Assembly: GCA_028534125.1 (NCBI GenBank)
Contig: CM052816.1
Location: forward strand, 42,534,001 to 42,598,000
Length of the DNA stretch: 64,000 nucleotides
Direction: 5' to 3'
Origin: Lama glama
Lineage: Eukaryota
In this document: positions 38,533 through 51,735 of the stretch, piece by piece
Numbering within the stretch: position 1 is the stretch's first letter
Layout: each line of letters starts with the position of its first letter
The notes under the pieces: generated by a model
The model's database searches: none
Told to the model about the DNA's origin: nothing
Seen by the model: only the letters and a program-made list of their open reading frames with translations
Program-made: the position numbers and the translations under genes

Positions 38533-39924
38533 TCTTCAGCAAATGGTATTGGGAAAACTGGACCACTGCATGTAAATCAATGAAGTTAGATACTCCCTCA
38601 CACCACACACAAAAATAAACTCAAAATGGCTTAAATGCTTAAACATAAGACAAGACACTATAAACCTCTTAGAAGAAAACACAGGCAAAATATTATCCAA
38701 CATAAATCTCAGCAATGTTCTCCTAGGGCAGTCCACCCAAGCAATAGAAATAAAAGCAAAAATAAACAAATGGGACCTAATTAAACTTACAAGCTTTTGC
38801 ACAGCAAAGGAAACCATAAGCAAAAGAAAAAGACAACCTATGAAATGGGAGACAGTATTTGCAAAAGATATGACTGACAAGGGATTAATCTCTAGAAAAT
38901 ATAAACAGCTCATACAACTTAATAAGAAAAAAACAAACAACCCAATCCAAAAATGGGCAGAAGCCCTAAACAAGCAATTCTCCAATGAAGACATACAAAT
39001 GGCCAACAGGCACATGAAAAAAATACTCAATATCATTAATTATCAGAGAAATATATATCAGAACTACAATAAGGTATCACCTCACACCAGTCAGAATGGC
39101 CATCATTCAAAAGTCCACAAACAATAAATGCCAGAGAGGCTGTGCAGAAAAGGGAACCCTCCTCCCTCTTGGTGGGAATGTAGTTTGGTGCAGCCATTAT
39201 GGAAAACAGTATGGAGATTCCTCAGAAAACTAAAAATAGAATTACCATATGATCCAGCAATACCATTCCTGAGCATATATCCAGAAGGAACCCTAATTCA
39301 AAAAGTCACATGCACCCCAATGTTCATAGCAGCACTATTTACAATAGCCAAGATATGGAAACAACCTAAATGTCCATCAACAGATGACTGGACAAAGAAG
39401 TTGTAGTATATTTACACAATGGAACACTACTCAGCCATAAAAAATAATAAAATAATGCCATTTGCAGCAACATCAAAGGACCTGGAAAATGTCATTCTAA
39501 ATGAAGTAAGCCAAAAAGAAAAAGAAAAATACCATATGATATCACTTATATGGGGAATCTAAAAATAAAAGACAAACAAACTTATTTACAAAACAGAAAT
39601 AGGATCACAGACATAGAAAAAAAAATATGGTTACCTGGGTGGGGGAAGGGGGTGGGAAGGGATAAATTGGGAGTTCAAGATTTGCAGGTACTAATATGGA
39701 AAAAATAGATAAACAACAAGTTTATACTATATAGCACAAGGGAACTATATTCAATATCTTGTAGTAACTTATGATGAAAGAGAATATGAAAACAAATATA
39801 CGTATGTTCCCATATGACTGAAGCATTGTGCTGTACACCAGAAATTGACTCAACATTGTAAACTGACTATACTTCAGTTAAAAATAATATATAAAATTAC
39901 CATAAATAACAAAAAATTTAAAAA
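38533..39924 (+). mobile_element. 5'-truncated lineage-specific L1 (ORF2 C-terminus + 3' UTR + A-rich tail)
   Basis: Frameshifted ORF2 peptides ([17 protein letters not shown]..., [32 protein letters not shown]...). TSD AAGAACATCATTCTG (38518-38532) / AAGAACACCATTCTG (39925-39939). Confidence 0.95.
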
Positions 39925-42900
39925 AAGAACACCATTCTGAGAAGTGGTCCATAGGCCCTACCAGCCCCCCAAAGGGGGCTATGGCTTAAAATCAAAGACT
40001 GAGCCTCTCTGCACTAGGGTTGCACAGATGAACTGGAATTGCTGGTTTATAAATACATCAATTACAATTGAAACATAGTGGATGATAATGACCAATGCTT
40101 AAGGAATCTGATTTAGGCATGGGCTTCTAACAGGTGTTCAAGTCTACTAGATCAAGAAACTTCAATGAAAGGGTGGAGAGAAAGAGAACCTATTGTCAGC
40201 AAGCTTTTGGAACTGCAAGGCAAGCCGTTGCATAACCATAGGCTTGATTCACTGGTTGGCCTTCTTTATTCAGCTTGCTGAGATTGTGATATTCCTTTCT
40301 TCAAGGATGATTACAGGTTACTAGGTCTGCAGGTTCAAAATTGCCCTCTGCAGCTATTTGTAAATTCCTCTAGCTTATTATTCTGACTTATGGTTTCACT
40401 TAGAACTTTACAACAAAAGACAGTTTTTTGTCTTCAACAGAAGTTAACTCCATAGTGTCAGGTCCTACTGGACTTAAGACAATTCCTGCCTTAATATCAG
40501 CTGATTCATATTCTCAACGGCTGACTCAGAGTCATGATTCAATAATGACGACATCATCATTTTAAACTTCAGAAATTTGAAGAGAACCATGGACAGAAAT
40601 AGGAATGGAAAACATGTAAAATGAGTGACATGAATAAAAGAAATACCCAAATGAGTGACTACCAGGGTTCCTTTGTCCTGGAAAAAAATAGAAGGCTTAC
40701 TAATAATAACACATAATTTGCATCTGAGTCGTGACTTTATAGTCATTATTTTGTTCAATTTCTATAACAACTCTGCAAACGGTTACAAAAGCTGAATCTC
40801 TGAGAACCTAAAGGACCAGCCGTAGGTCCTAGACTAGAAAGTGGGGCACCAGCCAGGGCAGGGGCTAAGCTTTCTGCCCTTGGGGCAGGGGCTTCTCCTC
40901 AGAACACAAAGTCAGAGGAACCCAGAGCCCTTGAGGGTGCTGCTTGAGGAAAACCAAGTCAATGAAACAAATAAGAATTGTGTGCTGATTGAAACCTAAA
41001 TGAGACTGGGGTTGTGGGGGTGGCAAAATTGTAAACACAGGCACAAATCCCAGGTTGTTCTCAGAGAGAAAGTTCCCACTGTTTGTAACACTCGCTGGAG
41101 GTAGGAAAAGGACAGAGAATCATTATTGGCCATTCTAAACGAAAGAAAGAAATGATAATATACACAGAAGATAGGATCCAGCAAAAGAAACTAGAAGTCA
41201 AAAAACAACTGAGAATCTACTTCAAGTTATATTTCAGTTTTTAACATGTTTATTGCTGATGTAGTCGTGGGTTTGGTTTATTTAAATATATATATTTAAA
41301 CACTATATTGCATTACCCACTAGGCGGTATGATCTATCATGTAAATATCAAAGTCTTAAATGACTTTTTAATATATTTCCTATATAGTTTTCTGAATGAT
41401 ATCTGACAAAAAAAGTGTGTTATTCTTTGATGTTATTCAAAAACAAGTAAATAACTTCAGCTTTTGGTTATTTTTGTTTTGTTTTGTTTTTTAATCGTCT
41501 CTTTCTCAATGACAGGGAAACCTTAATGCTCATTAAAAAAAAAAAAAACAGGGAAAAAAAAAAGGTTGGAGAGCCCTGGCTGGTTTCTAAGCACTGTGCG
41601 TATGAGCAGTTGCTACACAAGTTTCCAGATCCTGAATTGAATCTCAGGGACCAGAGCGTGTCTGTTCCACAAAAGGCCCTTTGAAACTGCTTTCCCTTCC
41701 TGGTCGGACAAAGCCCTAGATGACTGACCTCTGAGGGACGGTCGCATTGGTTTGGCTCTGAGCTCCCGGGAAGGACTGTGAGCCTTGCTCATCTGTCTGG
41801 GATCTGCTGCCTACTTCCTCCATTATATTTAGCTCGTTGGTTATTTTCCTAATGAGCTGTCTGTTTGCCTCCAGCCTTCCAGCCAGAAAATGAATGTGGG
41901 CAAATCAGACACTAAGCACCCAGTGCTTAGGACCTACAAGGATCTGTTCTATACATTTTGAAGCCCACCCACCCTAGAGCTCTGGCTGGGCCTGTCTCTT
42001 TATTCCGTTTGCCCTGTGGCTGGACCACAGCGCTGCCCTCTAGCTAGAGCTGTCCCCAGCCTTGCACCTACATTCTTTCAAGTGACATCTCTCCATAGCT
42101 GCCTTTCCCTCCTCACTAGGTGTGCTCAGGTAGCCAGCAGGCAGTCCAACACGCATTCAGGATGGCAGCAATTCAATGAGAAAGTAAACATTTTTCAATA
42201 TTTTAATCAACCAGGCAGTTACCGTGGGAGAATTGTTTTCATTATGTTGTGGCTTTGAGTAGTTTTTACTTTGAATTATATATAGCAAGAGGGAATAAAT
42301 TTTATCATTTTTGATTTGTGGGGACTCGAAAGGTCATTGTCAGGCCCTGCTTTCTAATGTCAGACTGATCGGTTTTCGCCCCTCCCCACTCCCCAGTGAC
42401 TTCCGCCCAAAGTGGATGTGACTCAGGGAGTTCAGTCCTGCTGGAAATTTGGAATTTGTTGAGCCTCAATCCACCTTATTATGAACGATTTAGCTCCTCT
42501 GGTTCCACATTTCCACCCCAATTATCTAAGAAAACCGTAGATCACCAGTACACTCAGTCTTTAAAGTCAAATGATATTTTGGTGGTGGTTTGGAATCTTT
42601 ATTTTCAGAGAGTTGATGAACAGCAAAATATATAAGGTTATCTCTTCACACGTGTAAAATATTGCATGACTCCTCTCATGTTCCCTGAAAGACTTAGGTA
42701 CATATTTTAATTATGTCCCATAAGACCCACTACATAAAATAGACATTGATTTTTTTCTCTTTTAAGACCTACAATGTACTGTGAAACCAAACTCTCCCTC
42801 AACCTTGGAGAGCAGTTTGCACACCATGGTGGAAAAGCCCGCTGTCTCTAGGTCCATGAGAGAGACCTTGGAGGGGCGGCAGCTGCTGTTCTTAAGTGGA

Positions 42901-45900
42901 TTTCTGCTCCAGGCAGCATCCAAGAGTGCAAAAACCTAGAGAAGGTTTGGGGTTGATTTAGCAGCTATTAGATATTGTCAAATATCATGGAATGCTTGAT
43001 TTTAAATGGCTTTGATGTACTGATATACAAATTTGCACAAAAAATAAACCAGGTGGAGAGCATACATCTTTCAGAGGATTCACAACTGTACTTCTTAAAA
43101 CAAACAAACAAAAAACAAAAGCAAAACAAACAAACCTAACAAAAAAACCCACTACATTGCCCAGAGCATTTAAAATACAGTGTAGGTTTTAAAATATAAT
43201 TTAAGAATAGTTTTGAAAAAATAAAACTATATACAAAAGATCCAATGATTTGATTTGCAGTGAGAATTTTTAAATTACATTTTCAGAGCTCATACAACCA
43301 GTGCCTCCCTCCCCCCTGACTCCCCCCTTGCCTGTTCTTTCCCTGGTAACTTTATACTGGGCAGAAACAAAGACACCAAAGTCTGTAAGGTCTACTTGAT
43401 ATTATGTGCCTCCTTCCATTCCTGCTCTGACAGGAAGAAGTCCTGAGGCTGGGATCTGGTAAACATGAGTTCTTGCTCAATGCTCTAGGGAAGGTAAACC
43501 CAAGCCCTGGCAGAGGGGAAAACTCCTCCCAGCTTCCAGAACTGGACAGTCAGACCTAGTTTGAACCGCAGCATCCAGCTGCCCCCAAGTAAGCCTGGGT
43601 GGCCACACCGTGGCCACATCAAAGCCAAACACCAAGCAATGTGGGTATATTTCCCCTGCAAGTTTTGGATGGGAATGCAAGTGGGTGGAAAGGCTGTGAG
43701 GGACCCAGCCTCTTACCCTCCAGGTCCCAGTCGCTTAGGACCTGCAGGATGCTTTAGTCCCCTCTGTGGTTTGGGATTCACTTGTTGAGACAAAGAGTGT
43801 TTTCAACCTCACACATGAATGAAGAGCACATGGAGGAGTAAGCCTCACTGACCACTGCTTCCCCAAGAGATTTCTCTCCCACGCCCCTCATGGAAAGCCC
43901 TCCTCCAAAAAATCAATCTTCTGGTCTTTAAATCTGCCTTCTGTCCTGGTTAGAGGTTGCCAAGCGCAAAGTACTACGGGGGCTCCTATCGCAAAGCAAA
44001 CAGGGCCTAAGAAGCCGGAAGGAGAGAGAGCTGCTCTTTAAAAGCTTTTAAATGCTGTTATATTTTCAAAATCACTCACTGAAGAGGTGAGTTATTTTCT
44101 ACTCCTCCCTGCCCAGAAGCACAGCCATTAATGTTACCTGGAAACCTGTCCAGGAAGCATGTGGCAAATAGCAACCAGGCAATAGAAACATCCGGATCTG
44201 TCATCTAATAGGAGATGGTATTGGCAAGGTCATATTCGGGTAGAGGAGGAAGAGGAAACTGAATTAGTTTGCATGCCCTGACTATTTTGGGGACTGTTCA
44301 CATGTGCATCTGGAAAGGGGGCTTTGTTCTTAGCTCGGCTGGGAGGGCACCTGGTCGGTCTTAGTTGGAAACGAGAGAGATTTGAGATCAGATGCCACTC
44401 CTAGTGAAGACTGCCCCACGGAAGGAAGCAGCACAAAGAGAACAAAAAGAAGGCGTTGCCTCTTCTCTGGAAGAATTTCCAACCAGTCAGAGATGTGATG
44501 CACACAAAGAACGACCTGACAACACTGGTTTTGAAGTTTCACGAGCAAAGTAACATAGCATGAAGGCATCCCTACTAGGGGGATGGGAAGATTTCACACT
44601 GAAGGTGATTCTGAATAGACTTGAGCGACAGTGAGAACAGCCAAGAAGGCAGGAGAAAAGGTGGGGAAGGTATATCGGCCAGGCACGGCGCATGCACTGA
44701 GGACGTGAAGCAAAGTAACTCGAAGATGTGTTGATAGATCTGGGAACCGTGTAGTGTTGTGTTTTGGGTGTTTTCATGTCCATGAATGTACAGGTGGACA
44801 GGGGAGATGACTCCTCCGTCTCTTCATAACCTCAGATCCAGACATTTGAAAAAAAAAAAGTCTGTATATTATGAAGTCCACTTTTTTTTTTTTTGCTGGT
44901 TTTGCCCTTTTTGTGTGTGCTGTTTCTAAAGCTTATTCTTAATGTGTATTTCATTCCAGACCAACACCCTTTCTGTGTCAGATGAGGTGATAAAATTTGT
45001 AATTATAGAGAAGGAGCCGAGCTGTGACTCAGCTGTTTCCCCACGCAGCCTTGCCCACAGACACAGGGCTTGGGGAACCCTACGTGGCATGAAAAAAGCA
45101 GCAGGGAGAGGCGTCCGCTGAAAAAATGTTGTGTGAATATTTGCTGCATCCGTCCTCTTGGCTTTACCCCCAGAAAAATCTCCTTTTTCTGACTCAGCAC
45201 GAAGAAGGGTAGCTAATGAAAACCTGTCATTCTGGAAGGTAAGCTAGCTGAAAACTTGTGAAAAATCGGCTGAAACCAATAAGGAGACCCGTGGGCCAAT
45301 TCCCGGGCTTGCCACGCCCCCTGCTTTCTGTTCAACAGTCATCAGTTCTATGGGGGGCACCTGGGCGAGTCCATAAACCATGGAACAGACACTTGAGCAA
45401 CCATGGAGAATCAGACACTAAAAATATCGCCAGGAAATCTCCACAATGCAAACAATCCTTGGGAAAAGAAGAGGGGTGCAATGATAAAAGCCTGGCTGAC
45501 AGGCCACAGTCCTCTCAAATTACCGAAAACCGATGCTCTCAACCAGACAGTACTGAGCAAGAGTCCAGCCATTCTCTTGACCTACGTGTTTCACACATGC
45601 CGGCTTCATCAGGCGCCCTGCCAGGGAAGAACACTCACCTGAGCGCTGGGGAACGCCGTGTGGCCTTGGCAAGCCTTTTTGGATCGCAGGAGGCACTGGA
45701 CTTCAGCTCCTCTGAAAAGGGAATGAGGCAGTTATCAGATCCACACTTTGTCTTCCCTAGGCACCTCGCAAAGGACGTGAGGCAAAATTTTACATGCATG
45801 AACTTAGTTGTACCTCTGACATACCATGATCTTGGGAGATTCACTCAAGCCCTCCGGGAGTTAAATTTCCTGGTATCCAAAATGATGTAGAGTAAATAAC

Positions 45901-47207
45901 CTCTGTGTGCACGCGTGCGCAGGCCTTAACTGTTCTCTACCACCCTCGTGCATTGGTATCGATCACAATCTATTACTTAGCAAGGTCTCAGTTTGCATTT
46001 GTTTCTGCTCTCACATAAAACACACATGCACGAACACAGACACTCATACAAAATGAGAATTCTTTCATTTTCTTCAACCCCAGTATGTTTCTTTGAGTGA
46101 AGAGGGTAGAATTTGCATGACAAGCCACAAAATTGCTCATACGGTTGCCTACCTCCATAAGAATATATTACACAAATAAGCATCACTCTTCCAGTGTGCC
46201 CCCAGGCATAGGTTTGGGGGTGAGATTAGTTGGTCAAAGCTAAACTCTGCTGGGCTTGATTTTCAAAGTATTTGGGGTTTCTTGTTTGTTGGCTTGCTCA
46301 CTCACCTGAAACGTCCATAGCCTTGTGTCTGAAAGGAGCTCAGTGCATGTACTCACGTCCCTCCCGTGGGCCCCCAGCCAATCCTACTAAAGCAAGAGAT
46401 CAGCAGGGCAGCTGGAGACCCACCTCCCTCCTCCCCTCTGAGCAAGAGGCCTAAAAGGAAAAGGGGGCTCAAGATAAAGGCCACAGTTTCCTACCTTCTC
46501 AGGCCCCTAAAGATCCTTTTGCTGAGTGAAAACTTAAAAGGACCAAGAAAATAATAATAATACATAAGTAAAAGCGCAATAATTTCAACCAGGCATAGAG
46601 ATGTCTGTTGGAGAATTTTCAGGAGACAATGAGTTTGAGATTTCACAAGGTGAGAAAGGGGATTGGAATAGCAGTTAAAAAAAAAAAATCCTGGAAGAAC
46701 ACTCAGCTGAAACTAGGAATGAGGATGCAGGGAACTTCCCGGGGATGTATTTCCCTTTAAATGTGGCTTAAAGTGACCCATTCTATAAATTATCAACTAT
46801 GGTACCAAAAAATAAGTAATAAATCTTGATCTTTAAAAACAAAACACGGCCAGGAGCAGCCCACTGGAGAGGTTAGTAAGAGAACTACCTTCGCACAGTC
46901 CAGAGACACCAACTGATGTTCCTTCAAGTCTAGGCCAGTGCTGGTCCCATCCCCCTCCTGCTGATGTAAAGATGTCTCGTGCTCCCAGGGCCTTCCCCTT
47001 CATTCTCTGCAGGAGCTTCAGCTGATGTAAATCCAGGGTACTATTCAGGCTCCTTCTTGTTCACTTGTTCAAACCCTTCGACCCCTCCCAGGTTTGTTGT
47101 TTCTCTCCAGTTTTAACCCCGTCTTGTCTCCCCCAGTATCAAAATTCCACCAAACTCCTCAGGACAGATCAACTCCAGTTGCTTACTTTTTTTTTTTAAC
47201 TAGGTAT

Positions 47208-47232
47208 ACACACACACACACACACACACACA
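47208..47232. repeat. (AC)12 microsatellite
   Basis: Read directly. Confidence 0.93.
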
Positions 47233-47679
47233 AAATGCCCTGGGCTGGCTCACCGCAGTTCACTCCCTCCTCACCTAGGTGTCTTGCTCCCAAACCTCTG
47301 CCAGTCATCACTGTCTCCATGGACAACCCCTCCTGGGCTTCCCGGGAGAAAAGAGTTTGCAAGTTTCACTTGAATTTCTACATGGCATACTTCTGAACAT
47401 GTAAATAATACATTAAGGCCAACCTATTTTTGTAGCTAAGAGTGATAAAAATCTCAAACTACAAATCTGTCCCAAGTTGGTTTTGTCCTTTAAAAAAAAA
47501 AAGCGTTTATGAAATACTCAGATCTCTTCAGTGAGCACAAACACAACTGGTGACCTAAAAGTTCAAGTTATGGCCCAAACTGAGGGGAAATGTAATGCTG
47601 ACTCTGATTTACAGAAAGTGAATCTGACTCATGGCACGGTCCTGAAATTTCACATGAACTCATTCTGCCTGTAAATGCC

Positions 47680-48150
47680 CCGGAATTAATGGTGAGCAAA
47701 TGTCAACTCCGGGCAGGCAGGCAGAAGCTCTTTGTTTTCCGTTGACCGGAAACGCCGGCTCCCCATTGCTTCTGACAAAGGTCCTCGTCAAGCCAGTGTG
47801 TCATCACTTGCGTGTGCCACGGCAGCAGCTGGACGTGCGCGGGGACCCGCTTCCCGACTTCCCGGTATCTCTTTGGCGTCCTCAGGAACGAAGGCAGGCG
47901 GGCCGGGCCTACGCGGGACGCAGCGCCACCTGCTGGAAGCCGAGTGATGGAGCCGCACGCGGAGACCAAAAAGATCTGCCAGTGCCCGCAGCTTTAAGGC
48001 CAGGTCTGACTGGAAGGAGAACAAAAACACTGGCAGAGACTGTACCCTCATCCGAACCGTCAAGGCCACACGCCATCCTTTCCTCACCACACAATGTGGT
48101 GGCGTGTGTACCCGCGCATGTGCGTGGAGGTACAGTGAGGTCGCCCATTT
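47680..48150. promoter_or_regulatory. Small intergenic CpG island / regulatory element
   Basis: About 35 CpGs in ~470 bp by hand count, GC-rich, with CTCF, ETS-like and NRF1-like motifs. Confidence 0.7.
47920..47937 (-). promoter_or_regulatory. CTCF binding motif
   Basis: Minus strand TCCAGCAGGTGGCGCTGC matches the CCASYAGRKGGCRC consensus exactly. Confidence 0.8.
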
Positions 48151-48844
48151 AGGAGTGTCTGTAGTGACCTCCCAGGGGCAGGGACAGTGATATCATCACC
48201 ATCCTCCTTGCTGGATTCATAAGGAATTCCACAGCTGACAGAGACTTTTACACAGAGTGTCCCAGTTCATCTCCCATTACTCTGCACTCAGAGATAAAGC
48301 TTAAGGAGCTGTCAGCTTCCTGACTCTCGTAGTAGAGTTACTCATAACCTAACCATGTTTGAGGACGATGGCTAACTAATGAGCTCTCCCCCCTTTCCCC
48401 AAGACTTCACCCACATGGAAACAAAGGCTGTCACAATCCCCCAGCCAGGCAGGCCTGGCTATCAGCCTGGAAGAGATCAAGGGCTGACTCTGAGATGAAG
48501 TCAACTGCAGCCAAACCTCCGCGCTTCCACATGGCTAGTGGTGGGGATGTCAGAAAACTCACGGCCTGTGCAGGGTTTTGCCAGAACTTCTTTGGCTCCT
48601 TAGAGATGGGCTCGCACACGTCACAATCAGGAGGCGACTCTCCCTGCCTAAGAGGTTACTGACCTAAATCCACAGACATGTGTGGAAGCACAGGAGGCCT
48701 GAAAGACAAAGCAAAGGTTCTGGATAAAAGACGCTCTGCTGCTTTGGCAAAGTGGAAGTGTTTGCAAATGGTGCTAGGAACATCAGTGACCCAACAGACT
48801 GATTATTTGGGATTTTCCTGGAGACTGAATAATAAAAACCACAG

Positions 48845-49065
48845 TAGCTTGAGAGCTTACACCAGGGCAGTAGGCTGAGTGCTTTAACTCTGGGGGCTTT
48901 TTATGTGTGGTTTTTTGTTTTTCACATAATCCTCACAACAGTTCGATATGGGCTGTGCTCAGCCCTGTTTTACAGATGAGGAAACTGAGGCCCAGAGAGG
49001 TCAAGATGCCTGCCTAAGGTTACACAGCTCGGATTCAAGCCCAGGTCTCTCTGGTCTTGTGCTCC
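48845..49065 (-). mobile_element. MIR SINE
   Basis: TAATCCTCACAACA...TTTTACAGATGAGGAAACTGAGGCCCAGAGAGG...GGATTCAAGCCCAGGTCT. Confidence 0.8.
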
Positions 49066-50564
49066 TAGGGTTCACTCTACTGTTTCTCAGCTGTCAGTGC
49101 CCTCCAGGCCCTGCATCATAGTATATTTTACTGCTTGTTTCAGGGCCAACATGACTCATCAGCCACATGACCATACCACTCATTTTCACTGACCCCTTGA
49201 ACACTGAGAGCAGGGCTTGAAGAAAGAGCTTTCCTCCACTTTGTTTTGAGCCAGGACAACAGCTTGGGAAGGGTTGGAACAATAGTTCTGGGTCAGAGGT
49301 TAGAGGACAGACTGGACTCTGACAGCAAAAACAAAGCAAGCCTCTTACACTGGCTCTTGGTGCCCCGGGGGTACCCCCAGGCTGGGGCTTGCACAGGCAC
49401 CTATCTCTCCATGATAGACGGGGTCTGAAGGGCGGCCAGCCTGTTCTTGGGTGGCTGGGGTGGTTGAGAAGAGCACTGTCCTGGACTCAGCATCCAGGTT
49501 TGCCACCAACCAGCTGTGGAACATGGGACAGACACAAGAAACCGCATGTGGCAGTGCCAGCTCTGAGAACTTGAGAGATTCCAGGGTGGCGCACAGGGGA
49601 CAGGCACCGATGCCCTGCCACGCTGAGCTGTGGGCTAAGGAGCCCACCTAGGAAGCAGTGCTGTCCTGCTCCTGGGCTCTGCAGATATAGGGTTTTTTGG
49701 TTATCAGTTTTAGCACCGCCACCACAAAGTACTATCGTTCTCATTAACTCTGGCAAGCACTTCTATGAAAAATGGCAAAGGGATGTTACCCTTGCAGTCT
49801 TTTGCCCTGGGGTGAAAACTTTCTGGACAGTGTTACACAGTTTGAAATTTCCGGGAGGCAGTTTGACCTAGCTGGGTAGTCCAAGTGACACGTTCCTTAC
49901 AGCCAGCCCATGTGGCCTGAGTTCACTTCCACCAACGCCAGTGCTGACTTCCCCATGAAGCCAGCCCCTTCTAAAGGTGAGAGAAGATAGTGCCAGGTTT
50001 ACATCTAAAGACATGGAGGGGCACAGATGGATGGGGTGAGGGGGGTGACGCAGACGCACAGCCCTCCCCGAGGAGCTAGGAGGCGGGAGACCCGCCAGCC
50101 CCTCCTCCCTGGCCTCCAGCGAAGGCACATCTCGGGGCGGGGCAGGCAGCCCTGAAGAACTGGGCACTCAGGTGTCATGGGTGTCAGGTCATCAGACAAA
50201 AGCCTTTTGTCTGGGAGTTGCTGGGAGACGCCACACAGCAGCGTTTCTTCCTAAATTGATATTTTTTTTCCCCCTGAATGTTATCTAGATCCTGAAAAGC
50301 TATTTCCAAGAAGGAATTTTTAAATATCCCACATGATAAGGGAAAACCCTTCAGCAGGATGAACGTAGTGGAATGGTTACGTGTAGGCTGATGTATCCTA
50401 TGGTGTTTAGGAATTTATCAGCACGTAGGTGAAGAGGATGATAAGGTAAAGGAAGGCTTCTTAGGCTGTGATGAAAGAAACAGAGAAAAACAGCTGCATG
50501 CTGAAGTGTATTCTGGAGGATCTGACAACATAAAAGAGCAACGGTGACCCTAGTCCGTGTGCCA

Positions 50565-50820
50565 CTGTGGGCGCATGATCTTACACACGGTCAAAACCCA
50601 CGGAACTGCACACCACCAGGAGTCACCCGTAGTGGAAATGATGGACTTTAGTTGATAACAGTGTTTCTATATTACTTCATCCATGATAGCAACTGTACCA
50701 ACCAATGCAGGATGTTAGTAATAGAGCAGAGAAGGAGGATATATGGGAAATATTCTTACTATCTGCTCAATTTTTCTATAAGCCTAAAACTGTTCTTTAA
50801 AAAAAATACAAAATCTACTA
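50565..50820 (+). mobile_element. L1MC-type 3' end
   Basis: GTCAAAACCCAC...ATGGACTTTAGTTGATAA...ATATGGGAA...CTATCTGCTCAATTTTTCT...CCTAAAACTG. Confidence 0.7.
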
Positions 50821-51735
50821 CTTGTTAACTAAAAATGAATCAATAAATAAGTAAATAAGTAAGTGAAAGCCCAGAAGGAAAAAAATCAAAATGTTAATAG
50901 TGCTATTTGGGGATAATGAGATTATGCCTAACTGCTTTTTTGTTTTTACTTTTCAAATTTCCTACATTCTAATTTTGTCTATGTTTGTGTGTCACTTTAT
51001 CAGTCAGGTAAAACAAATGTACAGTTCTAAAACCTTGTGTGAGGCAGAAACTATTTTTTCAAAGTAATCTGTTGTCTATACACAGTAGCAACTTAATAAA
51101 TTTTGCACCTCTGGATACACCTTCAACTTTGTCAGCCTCATAGCCTGAAAAGTTGCTGTCTCCTGGCTCAGAAGAAGGCAGCAGATGAAAGCAATAACTA
51201 GGAGAAGAAGGAATCAGAGCCTTCAAGGAATAACCAGGTAGGTCACTGTAAATTAAAAATCTCTTTTTAAGTAGCCTCTGTGGGTATCTTGAGAAGCATC
51301 TATTAAGTGGTATTGATGAGGAGAGTGATGGGTGCCGATATAAAACAAGATCCCAAGATGTCATGTAATTAAACAAGCAGCATTGATTCTACTGTGTAGA
51401 AGCTGCAACAGTTGAGTTGGTTTAAGAACTAGGGACAATTAGGCCAGGAAAACTCTTAGCTTTGTTCCTGATTCTTGGCACACCAGTCAATAAATGATTT
51501 CTGATATTTTAGAGCACCAGAGGAGTTTGTTATAGCCTCATTTTAGAGCTAACCCTTCCTATTAGGGTTGTTTTGCAATTTACAGTGCATCTTTGCACTG
51601 ATGTCATTTACTGCTTTCATCTGTTTGCCTATCATGTAACTTGATATGACTGAGCATCTTGAAGACGAAGACCACGTCTTAGTTATTTTTGTATGCCCTG
51701 CTCCTACCCAGGAGCCTGACCCATAGTTGGTTTTT

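Larger units (their letters stand above)
38040..40015. mobile_element. hAT-type DNA transposon fossil (Zaphod/MER115-like) split by the L1
   Basis: Sequence resumes after the L1 TSD as CATTCTGAGAAGTGGTCCATAGGC...CCAAAGGGGGCTATGGC, resembling a recalled hAT-Tip100 end. Confidence 0.4.

Noticed and set aside
38536..39036. 166-aa hydrophobic minus-strand ORF
   Set aside because: Typical antisense reading of L1 ORF2.
45258..45890. Longest ORF (210 aa)
   Set aside because: Non-ATG start, no recognisable domain, C-terminus runs into a MIR; consistent with a chance ORF.
47700..48152. Six overlapping ORFs on both strands
   Set aside because: GC-rich CpG island depleted of stop codons; no family resemblance.
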